A stretch of 64,000 nt of DNA from Takakia lepidozioides (Eukaryota; Plantae; Bryophyta). The stretch is taken from assembly GCA_030704615.1 (NCBI GenBank), contig CM060731.1:83328001-83392000 (forward strand). Direction: 5' to 3'. This document shows, in pieces, positions 50,001-62,250 of the stretch; position 1 is the first letter of the stretch, and every line of letters begins with the position of its first letter. The translations under genes were made by a program, and so were the position numbers. The notes under the pieces are model-generated. The model was not told the DNA's origin. It was given only the letters and a program-made list of their open reading frames with translations, and made no database searches.

Positions 50001-53000
50001 TATGATAACAACACAGCCATGTTACAAACCATTAACAAAGAAATGCTGGGAAGAGTCAATGCAAATAAGTTGAAGGGGTACAGTGGTATCCATGACAAAC
50101 CCCTGCAGCATGATTTGCATGTTGAACCGCAAGAGCAGTCACGGGCTGCACCAGTGTTACGAACGGAGTATGGAACACTTGTCGCTAGGCCCAGTATATA
50201 TGACCGGGGTGGGCAAAACAAACGTGACACAGCCTATCACAGCCCATCACGGCGTGACACAGCCTATCACAGCCCATCACGGCGTGACACAGCCTATCAC
50301 AGCCCATCACGGCGTGACACAGCCTATCACAGCCCAGCAAGGCGCAACACAGCCTATCACAGCCCATCACGGCGTGACACAGCCTATCACAGCCCAGCAC
50401 GGCGTGACACAGCCTATCACAGCCCGTCACGACGTGACACAGCCTATCACAACCTACCGCAGCGTGTCACAGCCTATCACAGCTTACCACAGTGCAACAC
50501 AGCCTATCACAGCGTAACACAGTATGACACAGCCTGTCACAGCTCAACACAGCCTACTAAAGTTACACGATCCATAGAATCAGTGACAAGTGGACACATA
50601 AAAACTTCAGGAAAATGGCTGAAGGAAGAAGAAACGGAAATTAATTTAAAAATAGACACGTGGAGGTCAGGGTGCGACACACAGCAGAGAATGAAGTGCA
50701 AGGACAGGTGTCAAAAAGAAAGAGGACAAGAACGGCCGTCAAAAGGGATGAAAGGCGGGCCCATTAATGAATACGGAAAAAGGGAAACAGAACGAACGGC
50801 AAGTACAGAAAAACTGAATTCATGTCGCATGTGTGATCCTAGTGGACTATCCAACAGGGAAAGTCCACTAAAGAAGATAAAAGTTAAAATCCAGTCACAG
50901 CGGATACAGCCAATAGAAAACCAGAGAAATGATCAAGAAAATGGAGGGAAATTAAGCGCAAGAGGCGGCGTCGTTCTGAGTAACGGGCGTCTCGACAGGA
51001 CAGGCCATAAATGCTATAACTTGGAAACTATGGAGGAACTAACAGACTATACGCTCGCAATATTACTTACGCAATGGCAGAGACACGAAACGAAAGAGCA
51101 GAGCTTTTCTCTTGAACAATGCTTGCAAGCCCCGCAGGCTTACAAGAGATTACCCATAGCTTTCTGCGGCAACCATACGTTTCTGCTTTGTGCACTACAG
51201 GCATTCCTGCAGTTGTTACAGCCAAAGCAGTTCTGTGAGTCTAAGATGAAGAGAGTGAGAGGAATGGAGGAAATCAGGGTGAAGAGCACCACAATTCTGC
51301 AGAAACAAACGATGGCTACCCCACAGGCGATAAAGATACTGAAGGAGCTGAGATTGGAAGGATTGCAAAGCATGGATTGGACACTACACCATAGACAGTA
51401 CATGTTACAATTTTTGCAGAACTTTGAGCCAAAGACAGGAACAACAACGGTGAAGGGAGTTGAATTAATGATTACTCCCCTATACCTCCAGCAATTGTTT
51501 CGATTGCCAGCAGGTCATGTGTATGTGGAGGAACACAGGGAAAGACTGCAAATAGGGGATTTATTCCAAGAAGGGAGTTTCTTTAAAACTCAGGGTTATG
51601 CTTGTACCAAAGCTGTGTACCCAGGGTTAAAAGACATAGGCCAAGTATTGAACGTTCTGATTGCCCTGAAACAGAACCAACAATATTTGAGCAGATCCTT
51701 CACAGAGGAAATCCTCAAAGGCTTGAAGGGACAAGAGGTACCATGGGCGGACATAATGTACAACGCACTGGTAGAGGAGATGAAAAGATTACAAGGTACT
51801 ACCGCAAAATCTCCTATCATAGTGTCTGGCCCAATCATTGCTCAAATAATCCTTAGTTCTGGCATACTTAATGCACAAGAAAGGAAGGAAATGGGAGTGT
51901 TTGAGCCAGAAACAACTGCAATGGAAGAGCAAGGCTCTTCACACAGTGAGGGTGGACTAGCAGCACAACCCGAGACTAAGAGGCAGAGAAGGGGAAAGAC
52001 TGTAGTGGCGGATCCACTGGCTTCACGGATTCCGCATGATAATGTTTCCCAAGCTCATGACCAGGAAGGGGCACAGCAGCACAAAAGAATGTTATTACTG
52101 GAAGCAGGACCTTCAGAGAGGGAGGAAGAAGTTACTTCTGCATCACAACCAACACAGCCACTTGAACGACTTGTCACAAGGTCACAAGTTATCCATGCAG
52201 CTCAACCCGAAATAATTGATTTGGAAAGTGAAGGGATAGATATTCCAACTACAGAACAGATAGTGGCAGAAATAGAGAAAGGGGACCTTCTCTATGAATA
52301 TTCTGGTCTGGTCAAGCAGACAGAAATCCCAGAGGTGCAACAGTTGCCCAAGAGAAATCCTGAGGTACATATAATGCACACACCTGTGTCGGAGGTACCA
52401 CAGGCGGAAGGCCATGACACTGTAGCACCGGTCATAAATGAAGTAGTTCAGGAAGAAAATCCGGTGGGACAATGGTCTGAATGGTTAGTGAGACATCATA
52501 CTGTTGAAGATCGGGAGGAACAGCAGCAACCTCACCATGATGACCCTCAACAGGCAATGCTGATGAGTTCCATAGGCAGGACACTTAATTTGTTGGGGAC
52601 TTATGTCAAAACCCATGTTCCAATTACCCAATTGACAGCCTTGAAAGAAGAACTCAGGAAGGAGTTTGAGGCTCGACTTGCCACTGAGTGTGCAAACAAG
52701 GTCGATGAAGAGGTCACTCTCAAGATGAAGCAGGACTTGGCCAATACAGAAATGGCTTTGCAATTGGCCAAGCAACAATTGATTGAGGCAGGCCTCGCGC
52801 AAGACCAGTTGCACGAAGCACATAAGCAACAGCTATACCAAATGCAGGTGCAGCATGAAAGCAAGTTGCAAGAACTGAATGCACTACATACGGAGTTGCA
52901 GACAGTGCATAACAGGATGGCGATACAATGCGCTACATTTACAACTATGCTTGACCAATCAACAAAAGAAATAAACAGTCAAGCGGAAAAATGTACGAAG

Positions 53001-54796
53001 GCAGAAGAAGAGAATGTGGAGCACATGAAGCTCATTGTCGATATGAAGAATACAATCTGTCGCAATGAAGATACTTTCAAGCAATACAGGCAGATGGAAG
53101 CTGAGAATGAGAAATACATCGTGGAGTTGCAACAAACCATCGTGGCCAATAGAAATGAAATCGCGGTCAGTAACAAGGCTTCGAAAGAAGCCAATAATCT
53201 ACTTGCTGCCTATGCGCAATTGGTTGAGCCACAGGCGAAGCGCATGAAGGCTTTACAACAGCAGTTGGAATTGTATAAGCTAAGAGAGGAGCAAACTCTC
53301 AGGGGAACCACAAGCAGCTTGGTGGATAACAGCCTTATGCAGGTCTGGTTAGCACAAGGGCCAGTAGAGGGCAAAAGCCCACGGAAGCTCACCCAAAGCG
53401 AGATGAATGAGCTCAGACTGCAGGTGCAGAACATTGCCACAACTACTATAGACAATGTCTATAGTAGGATAGCAGAGTTACAAGAGGATGTAGACGGACT
53501 CCAGACTCAAGTGGAAGACCTCACTTCAAACATCGACCAAAGAGTCTATATCCCTCAGGAACAGCTAATGGCTTCTTATTTGCAAGCCAGAACTCTGGCT
53601 TTTCAGTCTTCACAGGAGGTGCAGGAGATGCCAATGGTACAGGAACCAGTACCACCACCACCACAACAGGTCAGTGTACCAGTAGCTGAACCTGTGGTTA
53701 CTACAACCACACCACAGCCACCACAGCCGGAGGTATGGGGCAATGCAGCTTTTAACCCACCTAAAACTCCAGCTGCCAGGGAGTACAGTAGGGCTATGAT
53801 TATGCCCTTCAACCAAATTCCCATCATGTTGGATTTGGCTTGGAAAGAATTTAGTCCTCCGCAGTCATTCGCACATTACTACCAAATCATGCGTATTTGG
53901 CTGCCAGTGGCAACCAGGACTAAAGTTCTTCCAAACAATCGACATATTGAAGATCATCACTTTGCACAATACTGGCACGAGGCAGGTACCATGTTGAGGG
54001 AATTGGTTGCTTTCCAGGTTGTACATGGACTCATTTATACCAAGACCAAGGAGATAGCAAGTATTGTCATGGGGTGCGGGCTATACTACGCTGCTTGTTT
54101 TCTGATACGTTACCACATAGAGCAACAAAAGATGCAAGCACGCTTTCAAAGTTACTCCAGTGGAGATCATTGGGTATTACCTTCGGTGCCACCTCATATG
54201 TACCTATATGACCCAAAAGTTATGATACAAAAGGATTCTCAAATTCGTTCATGGTTTCAAGCAGCCTGCAACAATTTGTCAACACAGAAATTCGGACTTG
54301 ATGACATTTTCTATAAGGGACATATCGCATGGAAATACTTGCACGCGCACCAGTAATTGGTACCCCACTCATCTGGACAGACAAGGAGCTCAGTGTCTAC
54401 ACCAATTTTGCTGTTCAACGGTTACACCAGGTTGTAAAATGCAAACTTCCAGACATGGTAGGACAGCATTGTATGCCCCAGATGATTCCACAAAAAGTTC
54501 GAAAATTAAAACACCTGAGAGGCGATGAGGATTCTGATACAACTGTTTCTTCACAAAATTCTTTTGACATGGGAGAAGACTATGCAATTCAGATGGAAGA
54601 GAAGAAACAAAGGGGATCTCCTATGCCGGAAAGATTACCTCGATATCAGCCTCCAGAAGGCCTCACTTATCCAGGTAGTGATCAACCATCTCCATCAACC
54701 AGAGACAGACCTCGGGCTCGTACACACAGCCCACCACGAAACTCTCAACGTCAACAAGGTGCTCACTCACAAAGGGTTGCTACTCGGAAACAGTAA
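44084..54796 (+). CDS. Gag-PR-RT-RH-INT polyprotein with ~1550-aa C-terminal extension (~3570 aa after correcting three 1-bp indels)
   Basis: Three CX2CX4HX4C knuckles, LIDGGSG protease, FLDD RT, CDASG RH, HHCC + DDE integrase. Indels at ~47030, ~48055 and ~54345 are each absent in copies B/C, B and A respectively. Confidence 0.9.
50225..50545 (+). repeat. In-frame 30-bp tandem repeat encoding (RRDTAYHSPS)n; also at ~21345-21585 and ~27755-28035
   Basis: Unit cgtgacacagcctatcacagcccatcacgg, ~10 copies. Confidence 0.95.
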
Positions 54797-54834
54797 ACCG
54801 TGAGGACACGGCTTTTTGAGGGGGGAAGGGGTAA

Positions 54835-55900
54835 TGTTAGAGGACTGTAGGGGACTTAGACACTTATACGGGATCTGTAGGGTACCCTTAATTTTTGCAC
54901 AGACTGAGACAAACAGGAACCTTAGGGGTGACAGCAGCGCACTGTAGAGGGGGGTTACATAGCCCACACAGCCGACACAGCAGTCACAGCCCACACAGCC
55001 AACACAGCCCGTCACAGTCGTCACAGCCCACACAGCCAACACAGCCCGTCACAGCCAACACAGCCCGTCACAGCCGTCACAGCCCACACAGCCAACACAG
55101 CCCGTCACAGTCGTCACAGCCCACACAGCCGTCACAGTCGTCACAGCCCACACAGCCCACACAGCCCGTCACAGTCGCACAGCAGACACAGCCCACACAG
55201 CCAGTCACAGCCCGGCACAGCCACACAGCCAGTCACAGCCCGACACAGCCAAACACAGCCAGTCACCGCTTGACACAGCTGTCACGATAATAGGGAACGA
55301 AGAGTAGGACAGGGAACGACTGTGGGGAACAACACCAGTGAAGGGAACATGTTAGTTCACATACGACGGTTAGAGAGGGAAACGGTTAGAACCGCGGATA
55401 GGAGGATAAAGGGAAGAACGGGGAATAGGAAGGGGATCATTATTCGGGGAGGACTTCGGAGACAGGCGGGAGCGGAGATCGGAGAGCACGATGAAGGAGA
55501 AAAGAGGATTAGTAGATGCTTGTTATATGCAAAGCTAGAGTGATATTGTAGAGCAGATTAGAGACATAATGGCTTCGGCCTGATACCTGATAAATCATAA
55601 TCTGATACTTATACGATACAATCACACTGTGTAGAGAGATCTGAGTGAAGCTGTGGATTGAATGGAGGAGTTAAGGAAACCGATAAATTGATGAAGCAAA
55701 CTGATACTTAATTATCAATGGTAAGGTAGCTAAGATGAATGCGGAAAAGGAAACAAATAGGAAACACCCCCATGATACACTAGCTGTAGGTCATGACTGA
55801 TTGTTCTGCGCGGGCTGAGTACTTAGAGATTTCCAACTCTTCTATCTTGGAGTTTCCGCCTCGGATAGCGAAGGGATGGGTGAGTAAAAGCCGCGCGACA
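54835..55900 (+). repeat. 3' LTR of F
   Basis: Matches the 5' LTR apart from ~55 extra bp of CACAGC repeat and very few other differences. Confidence 0.97.
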
Positions 55901-55905
55901 GTCCC

Positions 55906-57330
55906 TCCCAACTCCCCAGCTGAAGAGGAACATCAAATGTCACCCTCGTCGCCAGTTGTGGTTCTCCTTTGGCAGAACGCACTTCCATAGAGGCCCCCAC
56001 ATCACTTGTCAGGAGCCCTAGCTTCCGTGCCATTGCCGGTGTCATGAAGGAGTTCGACGCTCCTGTGTCCACCAACAACGACACGTTAGTTCCGGAAATT
56101 ATCCTGCTCACGAATATTAACTGACTCCCTTTACGCAAGGCTCCCGTCTCCTGATACAACTCACAAGAGTAGTTGCCTACCTTGCCAGTCTTGGCGACCA
56201 CCACCTCCACCAAGCGACTGATGGATTCTTCGGACAGCTCCGTGGTTGCCCGAGTCATGTTCAATTGTTGGGGTTTATTGGCCATGTGCCTGGGCTCCCC
56301 GCAATTAAGCATACCCCATCAAAGGTCGCCTTCTGTCCGCCATAAGCCGCCGCACCTGATTTTCCTTTCGGAGTACCGGGTGCTGCCTTGACGTGCGAAG
56401 GCCCTCCCTTCAATTTCCATGTGCCATTGTCACCGCATGGCCTATCCCACTTCTTTTCTGGTCGGAAGGAGTCACCCTCCCGCTGGATCTTCTTGTGGTT
56501 CAGCTCCGTACGGCCCTGTCTTTTGCCCCTAGGGACATCCGAGAAACATTCAGCCCTTTCAATTGCCTTGTTCAAAGTCTTTGGTGGCCTCTCCTCCAAC
56601 TTCCGCCTGTCCCATGGGGCCAGTCTCGCCACAAAGTTGAAGACCATTTCTGGTTCCGCCATATCCGCGACTTCGAGTAACAGCACATTGAAAGCCTGAA
56701 TATATCCCCGAATGTCATCCATTTGCTTCAAGTTCCTCATCTTGTCCCGGGCGAGCCAGGACGTGTTGAGGGGCACAAACTGTCTTTTCATAAGTTCCTT
56801 GAACCCACTCCAGCTCAAGGTTTCTGGGTTGGACCCTTGGTCATGAAGGCGCTTCTGCCACCATTGTTGAGCATAGCCTTTCAAATAGGTGGGAGCCACT
56901 TTCACCCGATCCTTGTCACTCAACTTGGCCACCCGGAAGTATTGTTCCAGCTCCAAGAGCCAGGTGTTGAGTGCCTTCCGATTTTGGACGCCCTCGAAGG
57001 TGCCGGGTTCCTTAGGCTTCACCTTAAACTTCGCCTTAGTCGAAGTGACATTAGCCGCCCTCATCACATCTTTCAACGTCCCGCCAAACTGCGCCAACAA
57101 CCCTTCCCAAAAGCTGGCATGTGAGGCATCTGTTGGTCTGGCGGAGCCTTTGGAAAGTCCTCGGGCTCTGACTCCCCAAATTCCTCCCGTTCTTGAGCGG
57201 CCTCGCTCTCAGAAGCATAAATCGCCTCTTCCATTTGCCGCTTCGGTGACACGTCGCCTCCACTGGGCTCACCAGGATCATTGTCTTTTGGGCCGTTCCG
57301 CATTCGCTTTGTCTTGCCCGACCCCATGGT
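55906..57330 (-). pseudogene. gag-protease of chromovirus D (frameshifted)
   Basis: ORFs 57073-57381, 56261-57100 (KEPGTFEG...WLLELEQYF...LKGYAQQWW) and 55842-56312 (LVDTGASNSF). Confidence 0.88.
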
Positions 57331-57382
57331 GAGGCCGATCTCAAGGACAATTGCATACTGAACTCTAGGCTTTGATACCAAG

Positions 57383-58097
57383 TGTCGCGCACCTCACTTC
57401 AGTAAGCTCCCCTTCAAGTCATAGTTACTCACTTTGATGCGCGCGCCTAACTCCCAAACTGGCCGCCGGGCCAACTCGGAGCTTCGGCTGCTCACCGGGA
57501 CATAACGGTCCCCCTTTGCTCCTCCACAAGCCCCTTGCTCACTTTGAAATTCCCTTTGGTTGTTGGCAGTCCGAAACAGCTCCCCACACCTTGGTCGCTT
57601 TCCGGCTCGCACGCTTACTCACTAGTTTTTGGTCACCAACGGGCTTGCACCGTTCTCGGGGTTACTACTCCCTATATATACTTCTGTGACTGTCCGCGGA
57701 GGTTTCACAAACAACACCGTCCTTTTATAGCGAACCACCACAAAGACCCTTGACTCCCGGTGATGAGTCGCGGTGAGTTTTGGCCCACCCACCACGGCCC
57801 CAATGGACCGTGATGAGTCCCCACGACTCCCCACGACTCCCACCACAAGGTCTCCGCCCCATGGTGAGTCCTATGCCACCCCCACTAAGACCCACTAAGC
57901 TACCATCACCCCTCGTGGAACCACCCCACCGCAACCCGGTGTGTGGGGCTCTATCTAGTGAGTGCCTCTGCCTCCTTGAGTGCCTTGGGCACCCAAGAGT
58001 GCTTCAGCCCCCATACCTATTGTTGCCACTGCCCCCACCACAAGGGCAGCCCCTCTTGTGTCCCGACCCCCTGCACTCAAGGCAAAGGGCCGCGACA
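57383..58097 (-). repeat. 5' LTR of chromovirus D
   Basis: Adjacent to the iMet-type PBS; homologous to 37720-38444. Confidence 0.9.
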
Positions 58098-61000
58098 GAA
58101 AGGCCCTGGGTATATGGCGTCGGAGTCAGCCACGTCCGCATGAGAGCAGGGGGATCTGAATTTCACGATAATGAAGTCAGATGCAAGAAAGGTGGCGGAG
58201 ACTGTGCTTCGGGAAGAGGAAGACATCCATCCTAAAGAGAAGAAGGTAGCATTTGTGGAGACAGAACCTCCAGTCGTCCGACCAACCATTTCTCGGCCAC
58301 CTGTAGCAAGGGCGAAGAATCCGGCAAACCGGCCGGCGGCACCAGAGAAGCTTCTTTGGAGACGAATGAATTCAAACATGCGGTTCACCGACGAGCTGGA
58401 ACCGTACAATCTAATGGAGGATCTTCACCACATTCAGGCAAACATTACGTTTTCTCAACTCATAGCCATGGCGTCCACAGTCCACCACGCTCTCAAGGCA
58501 TTGTTGGTGAGGAAGCGGGTAAGCACTTCTGCGCAAGCCCACCACATTAATGCCCACATCGACCCAGGACCAGTGGAGATAGAAGTGGAAATTGCTGACC
58601 AATTCATTCGGCGCTGTTTAGTGGATGATGGGAGCTCGGTCAACATCATGTCATTCTCCACTCTATCCAAATTAGGTTTAAGCATGACAGGGGAATCCCC
58701 TCTGACAATCAGGCTAGCTGACCAGCGAAAGATCCGGCCATTGGGTCACATAGCAAATGTCAAGATGAAGACATGAGGCTACACATACGCGGTAGACTTC
58801 CAAATCATAGACTTCCCCATCGACAAATATTTGTACGCACTCCTATTAGGGAGGCCATGGTTGGTCCAGTCCAGGGCACGAACGGACTGGGGGGTAGGCA
58901 CCATTACTTGTGGGGTAAGACCTTACACTACTACCGTTGCATTTTTTTCTGGAGCACCCCATGAAGAGACATATGAGGATGAGCTCAGCATTATTGGCTC
59001 TGAGGAGGAGTCTACAGACTTGAGTGAGGAGGATTTGTGGTCAGAGGAGGAACTCCTCCCCACCTCACACGCCCACCGAGTTTTGACAATATCTACCGCA
59101 CCTCACGGGGAGGTTAAGTGAACTAGAGGACACAGTTAAGTCTCTAGGACCGGGATTGTACGAATGCGAGTCTGATGCAGACTGCATCGCTTGGTTGTTC
59201 GGAGAAAACCAATGCAGGGAAGTGATGGTACACTCGGTATCAGCCGAAGCACTTCCGGAGTTCGAGTTGTTGACCGAACTCTTTCCCCTATCCGCCAAAC
59301 AGGTTGGTCTGCAGGAATAGGAGATTCCTCAGGAGGAGAACGACGAGATTCTAGATATGAGAATTGTAGAGGAGGCTGACCTAGAAAAGGATGTCATGAA
59401 ACATAGCGCCCCCTACATTCTTTATTTGCAGCAAGGATCAAATGGATCTCAGTTTGGCCTTCACGACAGAACCAACAACACAGTTGGTCGACCTGGCAAT
59501 TGGAGGAGAATTGCCAAAGATGGTAAAGGTGGGAGCCCACTTGACATCAGAATAGGCTTTGGAGTATCAGCGGCACTATTCAAGGAATTTCGGGACATCT
59601 TTGCATGGTCCTACACCGAATTGAAGGGAGTGCCTTCTTACGTGGAAATGCATTCCATTCCACTGATTCCGGGAGCTACCCCAAGACGACAACAAGAGAG
59701 AAGGGTGAATCCCAACTTAGCGCTACTCATTAAAGCAGAGATCGAAAAACTGCTGGTGGCGGAATTCATCTTCCCAGTGGAAACATCAGCATGGGTGTCT
59801 CCGACGGTGATTGTCCGGAAGAAGAATTGAGGACTAGTTAAGGGTATGTGTGGACTTCCGCCCCCTTAACAAGGTAACCCACAAGGATCATTTCCCCTTG
59901 CCATTCATAGATACCTTGGTGGAAGAAGTAGCAGGGAAGGAGCTCTACTCTTTCATGGATGGATTTTCAGGGTACAATCAGGTGTTGATTGACCCAAAGG
60001 ACCACCTTGTGTTAAAAACCACCTTTACTTCACCATGGGAAACATTTGCCTATACAAGGATGCCCTTTGGCTTGTGCAACGCACCCTTGACATTTCAGAG
60101 GGTCATGACGTATGCCTTCTCGGACATAGTGAGAAGGAATTTGGTCATCTTTTTAGATGACTTTTGTTGAGGATGCAAAACCTGATCACGTTGCAGCACT
60201 ACAAGAGTGCTTCATCCGATGCATGGAGAATGGGATCTCTCTCAAGCCAATGAAGTGCGTATTTGCGGTCACACGTGGACTGCTACTGCTACATAGTGTC
60301 CAAAGATGGCGTGGTGACGGACCCAGCAAAGGTGAGCGCCATAGTCGAACTTTCCACACCGGAGACATCTTCTAAGGTGAAAGGGTTCCTTGGATACACA
60401 GGGTGGTATAGGAAATTTATGGACAAGTATGCGGCAAAGGCCTTACCTCTGACTCGGTTATTAAAGAAGAACCACGTATTCTCTTGGGATACACTGTGTC
60501 AGGAGTCTTTTGAGATGCTCAAGCAGCGCTTGGTGTCCGCTCCCGATTGGAACAGGCCTTTTCATGTTTACGTTGATGCCTCAGCCATGGCCATAGGTTG
60601 TGCCCTCTGCCAACCAGATGCTGATGGCCATGATCATCCGATATCCTTCGCCGGTCGACAGCTGACATTCGGTGAAACGAGGTATAGCACCACGGAGCGG
60701 GAGGCTCTGGGAATGATTTTTGCCGTGAAGAAGTATCGGCACTATTTGTTGGAAACACCTTTTACATTTTTTGTTGATCACATGGCATTGCGATACCTGA
60801 TCAACAAACCCGATTTGACGGGAAGAATAGCCAGGTGGGTTCTTCTACTTCAGGAATTTGACTACAAGGTAGTCTACAAGCTAGGGAGACTTAATGCTCA
60901 GGCCAATCACCTTTCCCAATTGTCGGAGAAAACAGGGGACGAGCCTATTGACGATCCGGATGCATTCTTGTTCTCCATAGAGACAGTGCCTCCATGGTAT

Positions 61001-62250
61001 GAGCACATTGCTCAATATTTGAGCACCCTGGAATTTCCCCCAAGAATGGATAGACACGCGCAATGAAGGCTACGACTGCGCAACATGAAGTTTGCTCTTG
61101 TGGGAGGGCAACTTTATAGAAGGGGATTGAACGGACTTTTGAGGCGATGCGTCACCCCGGAGGAAGTTCCCCAAATTTTAGAGTCAGCTCATGACAGCAT
61201 GTGTGGAGGATACTTTGCAGGGCAGCTCACAGTGCAGAAGGCTTTAAGGGCAGGATATTACTGGCCCTTCATGTTCAAAGATGTGCACATGCATGTGCGG
61301 AAATGCGACTATTGTCAGAGGTACGCAAAACGGGATAACAGGCTCGGAATGCCGTTAGTTCCCACCCTCCCTCTTGCTCCGTTTGAGAAGTGGGGGATCG
61401 ACTATGTAGGGGAAGTGCACCCTGCATCGAGTCGACAAAATCGCTACATCATTGTAGCCACTGAGTATCTGACCAAGTGGGCAGAAGCCAAGGCGGTTAA
61501 GAGGGCCAACGCACAGGTAACCGCCTCTTTCATTTATGAATATATCATTTCCCGATTCGGATGCCCCAAAGAAATAGTGAGTGACAGGGGATCTCACTTC
61601 ATCAACGACGTCATTGAGGAAATGATGGCGGCATTTTCCATCAAACATCGCAAAGCGACCCCTTATCGTCCACAAACGAGTGGGCAGATGGAGCGCTCCA
61701 ACGAAACCTTGTGCAACATTCTCTCCAAAACAAATAGGGAGCACAAGAGGGATTGGGACACCAAGTTGATTTCGGCCTTGTGGGCAAATTGCACGACCCA
61801 TAAGGTAACTACTCGACATACCCTCTTTTCATTGGTTTATGGGGTAGACTCCATCATGCCAATCGAGATAGAAATTTCATCTATACGACTGGCCATTACC
61901 GCACGGTTGGCGACATCCGACTCCCGAGTCATTAAAGGAACGACTTGAGATGTTGGAAGGAGTGGATGAACTCCGGCAAGCAGCAGCTCAGCACATTGAG
62001 GTAGTGCAACGACAAAGGAAGGCTCGCTTCGATGTTAAGCGCAAAAAGAGAATATTTGATCCAGGAGATCTTGTACTATTATTCGACAGTTGAAACGAGG
62101 AGTTCAAGGCCAAGTTCGAGTCATACTGGATGGAGGCCTATCTCGTCAAGACAGTCTTTGACAACGGCTCATTACATTTAGAGACACTGAGGGGAGTGGA
62201 AGCACTACTACATGTGAGTTCCATTAACCAATGAACTATTTCCCCCATTA
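58098..62250 (+). pseudogene. Degenerate protease-RT-RNaseH-integrase of a second non-chromovirus Gypsy family (element E)
   Basis: LVDDGSSVNIM, YSFMDGFSGYNQ, FLDDF, VDASAMAIG, WGIDYVG, SDRGSHF, SGQMER; many stops and frameshifts; clearly diverged from family A/B/C/F. Confidence 0.9.

Larger units (their letters stand above)
42466..55900 (+). mobile_element. Full-length non-chromovirus Ty3/Gypsy retrotransposon F (13.4 kb), recent insertion
   Basis: TSD GTCCC at 42461-42465 and 55901-55905; near-identical LTRs 42466-43474 and 54835-55900; PBS 43475-43494; PPT ~54818-54834; order gag-PR-RT-RH-INT. Confidence 0.98.
37720..58097 (-). mobile_element. Chromovirus-type Gypsy element D (degenerate), split by copy F
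   Basis: LTRs 37720-38444 and 57383-58097 (TG...CA); PBS TGGTATCAAAGCC (tRNA-iMet type) at 57368-57380; gag 56261-57330; protease LVDTGAS; RT (YIDD), RH, INT and chromodomain at 39285-42460. Confidence 0.9.

Noticed and set aside
50090-54796. Retroviral-type env gene
   Set aside because: No signal peptide or convincing transmembrane helix seen; mostly coiled coil and low-complexity sequence.
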